From Podarcis melisellensis (Eukaryota): a stretch of 64,000 nucleotides of DNA. The notes below the pieces were generated by a model, which was not told the DNA's origin, ran no database searches, and saw nothing but the letters and a program-made list of their open reading frames with translations. This document shows positions 48,696 to 61,020 of this stretch, in pieces. Every line of letters starts with the position of its first letter. Position 1 is the stretch's first letter. The stretch lies in the NCBI GenBank assembly GCA_964234715.1, contig OZ174280.1, one strand, 5' to 3'. A program made the translations under genes and the position numbers.

Positions 48696-49246
48696 GTAAG
48701 TGTGGACTTTTAAAAGTACTGTCTGGGAGTGGAGCAGGACATGCTTCATGGTGCTGGGTGGGCGGTGAGGATGTTTCTCAAAGCAGATATATCAGTGTGA
48801 GATGCAAGGCAGGAAGAACTTCGGAAGCAGCTACTTGCAAAGAAATTGTTACCCATCTATAACACAGCAGTAAAGTCCCACCCTACTCCTTGGCCACATT
48901 TATGCCAAAGGTAGTAGTTCTTGTTCTTTGAGAAATTAAATCCTGACTCTGGACATAGCACCTCGTACATGGGGCATTGTGCACTGGAAAAAACTCTCAG
49001 CTCGCCCATTAGAAATATGAAAATCAGGTAGATTTGTATAATACTGATGAGCTTATTTATTTACAGTTGAGAAATATAGGCTTTGTACAATTTAGAATTT
49101 TTGATAAGACCCACATTATGAATTTTTGACAACAGGGCAGGGTGCAGAAGTTTTTCATTGTGTGGATAAGGAAAGGAGAAGGGGTGGAAACCCTGTTAAG
49201 CATGCTTGTGCCCCATTTGAAATAAGTAAGACAAGTGCATACAGAT

Positions 49247-49312
49247 CATAGAATTGTAGAGTTTGAAGGGACTACAAGGACCATCTAGTCCAAACCCCTG
49301 CAATGCAAGAAT
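49247..49312 (-). mobile_element. CR1 LINE extreme 3' end
   Basis: tcatagaattgtagagtttgaaggg...catctagtccaaacccctgcaatgcaagaat is the reverse complement of the CR1 tail seen at 57805-57878. Confidence 0.75.
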
Positions 49313-50334
49313 GTCAAACCCATATACTGAGTCAATCATTGGTCCATCTAGCTCGGTATTATTCACATCAGCCTTTGCAGATGTTTTCTACAACTTCCAT
49401 CAGGTGCAGTCAACACATCCATGCTGACTGAAACTGATGGGAGTTGTAGTCCAAAACAAACTGGGGGGGACCAGGTTGGTGAAGGTCAGTCTACATTAAA
49501 TATTTGAGGCTGTCTGTGGTTTCATATAGGAGTCTTACCTGCAAATGTCAGGGACCTTTTACATGTAAATAATGTGTTCTGTCACTGAACTATGACCCTT
49601 CCCCTTCAGTAGATTAATTTTGATTTCTTAAAAAACTACTAGCACTCTTTGACCAAATCTCATTAAACGATAGGGAAGCCTTTTTCCACTGGTTAAGGTG
49701 GTACTCAAGAGTAGTTTTTTCAAGTGACTCTGGCAATTACAAATCACAGTGACTGAACCACTGGCAAAAGCACCTAAATCCCCCAGATCATTCTGAATTC
49801 TGGTAGGATCCATAAGTGTCTAGGAGTTGACCACTTTAATGGATCTCAAGGTCCTTGCAGTGTTGATTATATATTCTGGGCTGCTGTCTGCTAGACTTCT
49901 CCACAGGCCTTGTGTGGAAGATTCTGGAAAGCATTTCAGGCAAATAACTGAATGGGTGTTAACAGAGAGCTAAGAAATGGATTGGTTTTTCAAGCCCTCT
50001 GCCCTGTGTGGAAACAGCACTTACATTGCTCCAGTCTCTTAGGCAGAGTGAGCCTTGGAGGTCAAGGTTGAAGAGATTGATAGAGCAGTGAAATGAAGTT
50101 TTCCTACTGCTTAGCTTGTTACAAGCAGTGGCCTGAAATCAGATTTCACTTCATAGAAACACATATCTGCCTCATACTATTGCTGCCTCCAGTAATTTGA
50201 ATTGACAGTGACTAATATTTGATGTTGAAAGGAAGGCAGAAATGCCAGGGTGTTAGTGTGGAGTTCTGATGGTTAACCTGCCCTATCCCTATAGCCCATA
50301 GTAGGTGGTAGCAATAATTTAAGCAATGTAATAA

Positions 50335-50400
50335 TAATTTATTATTTATACCCCACCCATCTGGCTGGGTTTTCCCCGCCACTCTGGATGGCTTCCAACA
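50335..50400 (-). mobile_element. L2-clade LINE 3' tail
   Basis: tttataccccacccatctggctgggtttccccgccactctggatggcttcc; same family as 6650-6870. Confidence 0.65.
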
Positions 50401-51138
50401 AAATATTAAAAATACAGTAAAGTAACAGTAATTTAAAATTACGAAAACAGTGAGAGTATCTCTAGGTATGCTTAAATTTAGCCATTTAAAGTCTGCTTGA
50501 ATGCTTTTGAAAAAAATGCTATCAGTGAGTCTTGTTGGGAAAGAATTTCCACAGTTTGTAGGGAGTTATGGAAATCATTTCTGCATGCTATTCAAAGCTT
50601 AGCATGTAGCTGACACAAGTAAAGGGAGGTCTTGGTGCACTCTTGGTAAATCTTAAGAAAGTGACAGAACAGAAGATGAAAGGTGAGCTCTAAGTTCTGT
50701 AAATGCTTAAATCACTCAAGAACTAGGATCTTGAATTGCATGCAGAAGATGACAAGGAGTCAGTAAAGATGTAGCATTGGTGTAATCCACTCTTAACCCA
50801 CCATTGCAGTAGCTGCATTCTGCACTGACTAGAACATGTCTTATCTCCCTTCCAGTGGATACATAGTTATGGCTAGGCCTGGAAGGCCTCTGTTCAAGTT
50901 CATCTTCTGCTAGGGATTCATTGCATGGGAGGACAGATTTTTTCTCAGTTTCCCATATGTAAAATGAAAATAATAGTTTCCTGCTTTAACACAGTTGTGA
51001 GAGTAAACACAAATTGATTGTAAGGCAATTGACAAACTTTAAATACTATGTACATAATCATTCCTAATAATGGTGAGAAGAAATGCATGCTGTGGGATTT
51101 TTCCTGGGACAAATTTTCACTGCTGTCTCTTTTTCCAG

Positions 51139-51194
51139 TGGTGGCACGCCTAGTACCCGAATAACACCAGAATTTTCTAAGTGGGCAAGTGACG
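51139..51194 (+). CDS. RNF220: RNF220 coding exon G (56 nt): (N)GGTPSTRITPEFSKWASD(E)
   Basis: Acceptor ctctttttccag; donor ACG|gtgagt; phase 2 to 1. Confidence 0.95.
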
Positions 51195-53112
51195 GTGAGT
51201 GTAAGATATATAAGTGGCAATCTGTTGGGTTGGCTTGCATTGTGACAATCGGTATTTTATGGTGCAGTTTTAGTATTCAGCATATTGGGAGTATTATTAT
51301 TCCTGTGTGCCCAACACCAGAGATCTGAAGTAGTGTAATAGAGTGGTTACCAGCTTTTGAGTTTTGATAGGAGAATCCATGCAGCAGTTTAATTTGTGCT
51401 CCTGGAGATGGAGACAGGTTATTGCCTCCATTTTCCAATAGAAAAAACTGAAACTATGGAGTCACCCAGAGAAGATTATGGTGCATTATTTCTATCCCAC
51501 ACTTCTGCTAAATGCCCCCAGAGTGTTCTGGAATATAACCCAAGTCACAAGAAGTTTGAATATGATTTTCTGGCTTTGAATCCTGTGACTAGCCTGCAAT
51601 GCATTCTCATTCCTCTTGGTTTGGAGGATGATTTGAGAGACATGAAAGCTTTCCATTTATTACCATAATTGTGTTTGAGGTTATTATGCATTCTGAGATA
51701 GCAAATCCCGCCCCCTGCTTTTTTGCCTTCTATAGATATGCATGCCAGTGTCACAGTATTTGTTTATATTACTAAATGATCAGCCATTAATATCTTTCTC
51801 AGAAGCCTTCAGAGGTAAGGTCTATAAGTCCTTTTCAGTTCTTGGGTTTTAACTTTGAAATGCCTGCCCAAGAAGGTTCATCTGGCTCTGGGTCTGATGC
51901 AATTTCAGTGCCTTTTGAGACATCTTTTTAATTTTCCGTGTGTTTTGGTTTTTCACCCTTTTAATGCAGTACCTTTATCTGGCTTCTGATGATATTCTGC
52001 ATTTTAGATAAATGATCTTTATATGAATTGTTTTATTTCTGGTAACTGCTTAGAAGCAATGGACTGAAGAACAGGATAAAACTTTTCATAAGAAATATAA
52101 AATATTTATTTTAAGGCATAAACAGGGCAGCGTTCATGAAGTCCCACCATTTTTATTCTCTCAACCCTGTGAGATAGTTCGGTTTTTGAGAGAAATTGCA
52201 CTTCTAGGAGCTTGATGACTAGGGTGTCCATAGTCCAAATCCCACTCTCTCTCACTCTCTCTCTCTCTCTGATATTGCATCTCGGTTGCTATAACTGTTG
52301 AAAAGTGACATTTACATACAGGTTAAAAAAAGATGGGGTGCTAAAAGAAAGTATGGCTGGAAGTTCCCAGGCAGTATGTATTGATGGGGAGGAAGTATTC
52401 TGCATTTGGAGTAGAGGGATATTTTAAATAAGTTTGGCAATCATTATCTTCTGGGGATTTTTTCTGTGTGATTCCACATTCTTGTTTGTGATTTCACACC
52501 TTTTTCTTTATCCATGGTAGTAAAGAATAAAATATTATCACTGTGGAAATTAGCTCAGGAATTGGGACAATACTGTGCAAGTAGAGTTCAATTCCAGTTA
52601 AACTCCTGAGAAGTTCCGATGCCAGCTGTCCTGCAATGATTTTGATTTATTATATTTCTGTGCTGCTTTTCATTCAAATGAATCCCAAAGCAGCTTACAA
52701 ACAATAAATAACAGCGACATAGTAGAACATAATGGAACATTACAAATACAGCATAAATCATATAGAATAATTAACAAATAATCAATGAAGCAATTATAAT
52801 CTATAAAACACTCTTAACACAGCAACAACTAAAAAATAAGCTAAACATCACAGTTAAAGCAAAAGTCATAGTATATGATTAAAAATTAATACAGAATTTA
52901 TAATCTGTAAAACAATAACATTAACAAAATAGCAACCCCAAAATATAAACTAGGCACTGTTAAGTTTATACACACACTCTCCACAACCCCATGACTTTCC
53001 CGCTATTCAGCACATTAAAATACACCTACACATAATGCCCCTGGCAGCAACTCCTTTCTGAAGGTTCCTCGGGATGGAAGTGAGGCAGCAGCTGCACCTG
53101 TAGAGCAAAACC

Positions 53113-53131
53113 AGCTGCCCCCTGATGGCAG
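53113..53131 (-). promoter_or_regulatory. Candidate CTCF binding site
   Basis: The minus strand reads TGCCATCAGGGGGCAGC, a close match to the CTCF core CCASYAGRKGGCRS. Confidence 0.55.
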
Positions 53132-53809
53132 ACAGTTCCTCTCTTCTCACAATTCTTCCTCTGGAAACAGTGCTCCTCCCCTCATGATTTCAAAAGGCTT
53201 GTGAGAAAATTCTCAGCCTCTTCTGACCACAGAAATGGCATTACTTTGATTCCTATGTGTGGGTAAACCTGTCTGGCTTGTAAACACATGTTTCTTCCAG
53301 AAAACCCCTTGAATAGAAAACCTCTAGAATCCTAACTGCAGTTCACAGCATTGACAAAGAACAAATTGCACATACAAGCCATTTACCAAATCGATTTCAA
53401 GGAAGTTAAAGTGGATCCTTTGTGTCTATCTGGTTTGAAAACTGCTCGTAATTCCGAGTGCTTCGGTTTTGGGTGAACAGTTGCCAATGTAAAGCAGGAA
53501 ATTGATGGATTGCTGCAATTTGTCATAATTTGGCATCCCAGCCTCATTATTTGCTTTGAGTAATCCATGGCCCTATCAATTCCAGAACTACTTTGTGGGC
53601 TATGAGTTCTTCAGGTCTGCCATACTTGGCAAGTCATGAATGCGTCTTGAGTGATACAACAGTACTTGTCACTTGGACACTCCAGCATGTTATTGGTAGT
53701 TTCTTCTTGGGAACCAGCACTAGAACAATTCACCAACAATTGGGTTTCTCTGACTTTTTGTGAATAAACATTTCCCTTCACTGATCTGGGCTCTTCCTTA
53801 CTTTTGCAG

Positions 53810-53888
53810 AAATGCCATCAACGAGTAACGGAGAGAGCAGTAAACAGGAGCCTATGCAAAAGACCTGCAAGAATAGTGACATAGAAAA
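53810..53888 (+). CDS. RNF220: RNF220 coding exon H (79 nt): (E)MPSTSNGESSKQEPMQKTCKNSDIE(K)
   Basis: Acceptor cttttgcag; donor AA|gtgagt; phase 1 to 2. The next exon, leading towards the RING, was not found before 64000. Confidence 0.94.
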
Positions 53889-56800
53889 GTGAGTATGGCT
53901 CAGGAATGTCTGTCTTTGTTAGGGATGGCAAAAAAGACTGCCAGGAGCTTTCTATCAAAGGGGCATCACTGTAGCACTGACATGCTGCTTATAGCTTTCC
54001 TTGTGTAGTTCCCACATGTTTCTCATGCGAAACATATCCAGCTTTTAAACTCACACACAGTATTTATCTCTCCCATAGCTGAATGTCAGATAGGTCCCTC
54101 CCCCCCCCCTTTTTTGCTTGTTTTTCATTCTTCATAGGAATTCCGCATCTGTAGGATGGAGGAAAATCCATTTTGTTTGTTGGCTCTAAAAGTGAAAGGA
54201 TGATTTTATATTTCGTTTCTAAGTCCCTATTGTAGTTTCTACAGCTTTAGAGGGATGATGGCAAATCTTCCCCCTGTGTTAAATTCTCAACAGTATCAAA
54301 GTGCTGCCCTTTTCCTTCCCTTGGGATGTGTTATTTTTCAGAAGCTTTACTTTATATGGCCTGCCTCTGGAAAAGAATAAGATTATCTTAACCTTCATTT
54401 CCATTGGGGATGAGTCACATGGGACTGGATCTTTTGCTTCACCAAAGTGCAGGGGCAAGCCTAAGGATGATACATAATGTTGCACTGTCTCCTTGCAGCA
54501 AGGCAATGCTATGTGCAGTACTATCCTATGCCATTTTTGTATGCTCCTAATTAGCAGAGACAAAATTGAAGTCTTAAGCATAGAAATAGGCTAAGGTCAT
54601 GAGAACAAAAATATGAGACTATAGATACAAGTTCCTTAGACGACTGCACCATGTTTCCGATGTCCCACAGTGCATACAGCATTATTAGCCAGTGATTTGT
54701 GTGAACAAGCCCAAAGTCTCAGGGCAATTATCTACCAGAACAAGGTGCTGGGGGGTCGAGTTGAATTCTCTGTTATTGTAGTCCAAAGCAGAGATGGGTA
54801 TCCTGAGACCCTCCAAATGTTATTTTACTCCTAACTCCCATCACTTCCACCTGGGGGGGCAAATGGTCAGGGATGATGGAAGTTGTAGTCCCAGAGCATC
54901 TGGTGAGACATTGGTTCCCTATGTCTGCTCTTCTAGATTAACACCCTAGATTGGGCTACAATTTTAAATGAAATGCAAAAGGAAATATATTGCCTGCCGC
55001 AGCCTCCTACATTTGTGTGCCTAGGAATTAAAAGCTAGGATTATAGGCTGTTCAGGATGTTGGAGGCAGAAATCAAGAGAGGGGTGAAAGGAGAATTTCA
55101 TGATTTGATTAGGCATGAATGTTAGTTGCCAATGCATGCCAGCTTCCTTTGCAGGGATTTAGCTGCTTGTTGCCATTTTTTCACCTATCGCTTAGCCATC
55201 TTTTGATACTGCCTTCCATTTAGGAGACAGGAGAATTCAGTCTTCTTCAGCAGTCTGTGTCAATAGCATTAGTTACCAACACTTATCCCCCTCGGATCCT
55301 GGCCTCCCAAGCAGAGGTTTGACATTTTCCAGAACGATCAGTTGATGTCATCTTGATCAGATAATTTTAAAAGCTTTATTCAGTGTCTCTTGGCTGACCC
55401 CACATTCTTTCCAAGGTGGTGCATGCTATAATTCGGAGTTGTAAAGTATCGCACCCTCCTCTTTGTGACAAGTTAGGACCCCTTGTAGAGAGCACTGAAA
55501 ACTTCCTGACTTCAGAAGTCAAAAATTACACTTGGATACTCAGCCCACTACTTTTCTTAAGAAGGTAAAAACCAAATGCCATTTATTGCACTTTACAGCA
55601 ATTTCTTGGTTCATGAGAAATCCCTTGTGGTAAAGGGTTACTGCTTTTTAGTTAGAGACTTAAGTTCCAAAGGGAACAGAAAACAAAATGTTTAGAAACA
55701 AAGGTTCCAGCTGTGCTGTCCCTGCTCCTCCGGGAGTTGTGTGTGATAAATAGTTTGTGTTGTGATGGTTAAGGAGCTAGAATGTTGTGTGCGAAGGGGT
55801 GGGCTCTGTTAAATTAATTGATAAGTGGGATCAGACCTTGGGGCTTGCAGAAAGGAAGGTGTTCTTTTATTCTTACTGTCTGGCTGCTTTCACCTGCACT
55901 GCCAAGCCATGATGTATGGTGACCCAGTTCAGCTAGCTAAATTGATTCATCTCCAGTTCCTGGTTCTTAATCTAGAGCTAAATTGGTTTCATTTTTCTTG
56001 TTTTGGGTGGTGATTGTGGTGAGCTCTCCATGGGATCACTTCCTTCTGTTCATAACTTTAATTTTTGCTTTTAAATCTGGGCATTATTGATTAGTGTGTT
56101 AAGCTCCATGTAATGTCTGATTAGCATTTTAAAAAGTGTTTAGAAGCACATGGTTTATCACCTGTGTCAGCTGGGCTGTCCATTTAGAACAATGGTTAAT
56201 GGAGTTAGCAGTGATTCTCTTTATTGATCCTACTTTTATAAGAATGACATTCATTTTCTCTTCCCTTTCCAAAACAAAGTCTAGGCATGGAGCGTATATT
56301 TTTAATTAGCTAATACAATACAGTAAACTGTCCTTGTTTGGGCGCAGAGCTAATGTACTTGGGTTGAAAGTTAATGGAATGTGTGCTTCAGGCTGCTTGT
56401 AGCTGAATCACTTGCATGCCAAGCAACTTACCTCGGTTCAAGAGAAATGTATTTGCTGATGGATTCTTCTTTGTATCTCATTCATCTCGTTTTTTGTTTG
56501 AATTTGATATGAAAGCTGCTATTGGCTCAGATCAGTCAAAATGGAAAATTGTGATTTGTTGTTGCATCTGAACTGGGTCGCTATGACAAGAAAAAAATAA
56601 AGATTTCTCTCTTTTTTCCCCTTTAACTGCATGTGATGATTTCTATATGTAATATATTTTTAGTTGTTTTTTTTAATGAGGATATTGCTTATATCTGATG
56701 GTTGTAGTCTAGAAGATACTAAATAGAACAACGTGGGATGAAATGCTCAGCTGTAGAAAAACCATGTGGGATTCAGCTTTGGTTGTGTTGGTTGATGTTC

Positions 56801-57564
56801 AAACTGGTTTTTCTAGTTTTCAGTGCTTGAGCATGTATTCAGAAGTGATAGAATAACAGGGCTAGAAAGGGTTTACTGAGCTGTACAGCCAGCACACGCA
56901 TGCAACAAGAGCATCTGGTATAGGTTTTGCTAAGCTTAAAACAAGAACCTTTCAGTGCCTGGGATCCACCTTGGCTCCTGAACAACATGCAACCTGGGAC
57001 TCAATATTCTATCTTGTGTGCTTTTTAAACTATATTTATTTTATTGTTTAATATGTTTCATAGATCTTTAATTCCCCTTTTAAGAATAATCTCTTCACAA
57101 AGCACCAAACATTTTATACATAAGCCGCCTATATCCACCTCTCAGTCGCCTTATTCTTCTCCATCTCTTATTTACATCAGTCTTTCTTCTGTAGTCACAG
57201 AGAATCTATTACATGCTGCTAGACCTTGCTGTACAGATGCAAGTGTGGCTTAGCCATCTGGACGGGCAACCAAGCCTCAGCTAGGGAATGCAAGAGTTTA
57301 AGGAGAGTCTAGTTAGCCATCCTGACAATAGTTATTCTGTACTCAGGAAATCCGGCAGGCAGTCTAGTCAGTCTAGTCAGTCAGTAATGACTGCAAACTA
57401 GTCCAGCAAGTCAGAAGCAGAATGCTGTAGCAGCAACTGCTTTTCTTGACAGGCAGATGCTCAAATTATTGTGAATAGCTGAACCTTGTAGTAAGGCAAG
57501 TGTTTTGCCTCCTTTGTTAATTCCTGTGGGACTGCTTTGTGGGGGATTTGGGTATTGGTGGACT

Positions 57565-57878
57565 GAAAGGGCTGTCACATGGAAGATGGGGCAAGTTTGT
57601 TGTCTCCTGCTCCAGATGGTAGGACCCAAACCAACAGATTCAAGTTATGGTAAAGGAGATTCCAACTAAACATCAGTAAGTACTTTGTGATGGTAAGAGC
57701 TTCTTTGACAGTGGAACAGACTCCCTCAGAAAGTGGTGGACTCTCCTTCCTTGGAGGTTTTTAAGAAGAGGTTGGATGGCCATCTGTCATGGGTGCTTTA
57801 ATTGAGATTCTTGCATTGTAGGGGGTTGAACTAGATGACCCTCAGATTCCCTTCCAACTCTACAATTATATGATTCTA
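57565..57878 (+). mobile_element. CR1 LINE 3' end (ORF2 C-terminus plus 3' UTR)
   Basis: gtggactctccttccttggaggtttttaag..gaggttgga, followed by the characteristic ...tcccttccaactctacaattatatgattctat terminus. Confidence 0.85.
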
Positions 57879-60560
57879 TTATTTAAGTTAAGAGGCTAGT
57901 GGGGAACATTTCTTGGGTGCCTTGTGAATGCACATAGAGGTTGTGTGGAAGAACTCCACAGGGAGTCTGTGTCTGCAAAGGAGCTAAATCCTCTGAGCAT
58001 TCATCCTGAACTAATCTGGCAAAGTTGATAATAATGGATGAAAGCTTTTTGACCCATAATCTTGCCATATACTTTGTAAACAGGGTCTCATCCATCCTCA
58101 AACAGTTTCCCCCCATCTATTCTTGCCACTGGAAAAATTGTCCCAATTCATTGGCATATGAAACTTTGAGACCATAAAGTAGCACAGAGGTAAAATGAAG
58201 CAGCTGCAAGCCACCAGCTTTCCTGCTGTTTTTTCTTCCAAACAGCTCTCCCAGTCTTTTTGGTGTTTCTCTGTCATTTCACAACAGCATCAACCATCAA
58301 CTTTCTATCCAAGCTTTCTCTATAGCCTCTCCATTCATTCCCAGGCCAATATGCTTCTCTTTCCTCCCACTATTCCAACTCCCATCCATCTCATTTTTAA
58401 TATGGGATGCTTCCTTCTACTGAGTCAGGCGTCCATCTAGCTCAGCCAGCAACCCTAGGGCTTTGGACTGAATGCCAGGGGTTGAACCTGGGATATTTTG
58501 CTTGCAAAACATGTGCTTCACCAATATATGATTGGAGGGGGGTGGAGCAGGAGCAAGCCTTTTGGGATTGTTTGGGCCTGCAGTTTCTGAAAAATAAACT
58601 ACTCAAGAGCTATTAGTGGCTCTTGAACTTCAGCTTGGGATCCCTGCCCTAAGCCTTTCCTCTTGGAGTCTAACGCCAATGCATCTTATTCTGCCATCAG
58701 AATCAATTCCTACCTAGGAACAATTCTGCTGCTCCTCCTCTACAACAGCTTTTAAATTAGTTTAAGACTTGATGTCATGTTTTCCTTCTTTCGGTAGTAT
58801 CTGCTTAGATCAGCCAACCTTTTCTGTCATTTCGGCCCTCCCTCCTGCATTGCTGTTCCCTGAATCTTAGCAGTGGTGCTAAGACTAGCCCACCTGTGTG
58901 TAGGCTGCAAACTCGGCAACGGCTCGTTTTCTCCTCCCTGAAGATGCGAGCCACGTTGCCTGGTGCCATCTTGAAATCAAGGCTTCCTGGGGTTAAGAAG
59001 CCAGCCTCTTAATTCAGAGTGCCAATGTTCAATTTTGCTTTCTGCCACCAAACTAGATTGCAGGCCAAGGAAAGAGTCTGGGTTAGTGCCCCACTGGGTC
59101 ACCTCCCATTTGTTTTCCTCAATTTTGTGTTGTCATAAATTCATTCCAGCCCGTTGTGCTTGATCAGTTTATCTCTGTTGGGGCAGGGAGCCCTGCTAGC
59201 ATGATATATGACATGAAACATTGTAGCCAGCCTCTCCATGAATCACTCCAGCTGTTTGTTGTCAGCATGAAAAGCAAACAGGCCAGGGCTGCCGAGTGTT
59301 GACTAGGATGAGCTCAGGTTGGGAAGAGACATGACGTATGAATGTTTATTTAATAATTCTCTAATATTTCCAGCGGAGTGTGGCTGTGCCTTCTGAGGTT
59401 GGGGGGGGAGGGGGCGGTTGAAGAGGAAACTCTAATCTGTCAGGGTGGGTCATAAATCAGGCAGACAAGATCATTAATCAGGAATGGAGCAAAACTAGAG
59501 GGAGGTGGGACTCGGCTGCCGTTCCCAAGAGCAAAGGAGCACGCTCTTCTTTTCCATAAAACAAATCTCATTTTGGATGCGGCTCCGGCTGTGTCGCTTA
59601 CATAAGAGCAAAGCCAGGGCACTGGGCCAGTTAAGCAAGCGTGTGTGCTACCTTTGTCATAAGCCTTGGCAATTTGAGCTCGCCAAGCATTAAATCCCTT
59701 TATAATTATCTTCTTTATATAACTCTTCATGCTCCTCATGGTTGATTGGGCAAGGTGCTTGTTTGGTTTAGAAGAGGGTTTTTAAAAAGGGAGGTCAGTG
59801 TGTGTGTGTACACTCACGTGACAATCTTCTTCTTTCTTTCTTGTTTACTCAAATCCATTTTCTCGAATGCACTCCAAAAGTTAAGCTTTGGGATATTATC
59901 CTACAAGAATAGAAATGGTGTTCCAGAATTTGGCTCCTGAGATAAAACCAACTTTCTGGCTTTCATAGTCTGACAATTGCAGAAGCTAACTTCCTATGAC
60001 ATTGTTTAAAAACAAAACCCCATTTCTAGCTTTTAAGGATATGAAAAATGTTGCAGGTGATATCTGTCTACTCAGGTGCTGATGGGAGTCTCATGAGGAC
60101 CTAGGGCTCCCATTCTGTCAGTAGAGGGAGCTGAGCCATTCATAGAATTGTAGAATTCAGTGGAGAAATTGGGTTTTCTCCACTGAAATGATGGGGAAAT
60201 TGTTCCAGGCAGGGGTGCAGCTATAAAGGAACGTTAGCTTGAAGAACAGATGATTGATTTATTGTATGTGGCAGAAATGAGAGAAGTTCCCTCTGTGGAA
60301 GAATAAGAGTGGGAAAGTCCCTGCCCTCTTTTCAAACTGTTCTGTAGCTGAAAGACCACCTCATTCCTTCTGTTGCACACTTTATACCATATTTCCAGAC
60401 ATTGCCTTCTCTGTTTGCTAATATTATAGTTCCTTGCCAGATTTCAGCAAAATTCTGTTCTCAGGAAATATGCAAATAGGACAAATGGAATAAATTGTAT
60501 ACAGCTAAACAGATGTATACAATTGTAATTATTTTGTCTCAATATAAAACTTTGGCTATT

Positions 60561-60667
60561 TTGACCAAACTGCGGGAGGCAGTGGAAGACAGGAGTGCCT
60601 GGCGTGCTCTGGTTCATGGGGTCACGAAAAGTCAGACACGACTAAACAACTAAACAACAACAACAAC
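60561..60667 (+). mobile_element. RTE-BovB LINE 3' end with (AAC)n tail
   Basis: gacaggagtgcctggcgtgctctggttcatggggtcacgaaaagtcagacacgactaaac followed by (aac)n, the hallmark BovB terminus. Confidence 0.85.
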
Positions 60668-60823
60668 GTGTTCATTTAAATTATGGATGTGGGGGATGGG
60701 GTGAGGCAAACTATTTAAAGGGACTATTACTATTTAAAAGGACATAGCCACTAGAGCATGGCAGATGCTGCCAAGTGTGCCTTAGAAAGCCATAGAGTTA
60801 ATGCAGATTTTTAAGAGAACTCT

Positions 60824-61020
60824 GGGGATGGGGCCTTGCCTCAGTGGAAGAGCATCTGCTTTGCATGTAGAAGGTCCTTGGTTCAGTCCCCGGCATCTCC
60901 AGATAGGTCTGGGAGTAGCCCGTTTGAAACCCTGCAGAACTGCTGCCAATCAATGTAGGCAGTCCTGAGCTAGACGGGCCAATGGTCTGACTCTTTATAA
61001 GGCAGCTTCCTGTGCTTCCT
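60824..61020 (+). mobile_element. tRNA-derived SINE with CR1-like tail
   Basis: tRNA-like head (ctcagtggaagagcatctgctttgcatgtagaaggtccttggttcagtccccggcatctcca) and tail ...gagctagacgggccaatggtctgactc...aggcagcttcct. A decayed reverse copy lies near 58400-58530. Confidence 0.75.

Larger units (their letters stand above)
6234..53888 (+). other. RNF220: RNF220 gene body (partial; 8 internal coding exons, both ends outside the window)
   Basis: All eight exons have AG/GT boundaries and compatible phases (0-0, 0-1, 1-0, 0-1, 1-2, 2-2, 2-1, 1-2). The joined translation matches the recalled vertebrate RNF220 middle region, e.g. RFEEYEWCGQKRIRATTLLEGGF and DLDVDGDDTLEYGKPQYTEAD. Confidence 0.97.

Noticed and set aside
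53794-53801. TTCCTTAC before exon H, resembling a U12 branch site
   Set aside because: The donor of that intron is a canonical U2 GTGAGT, and the motif is part of the polypyrimidine tract.
60824-60900. tRNA-like sequence (also at 19634-19710)
   Set aside because: These are SINE heads continuous with SINE bodies and tails, with degenerate stems; they are not tRNA genes.
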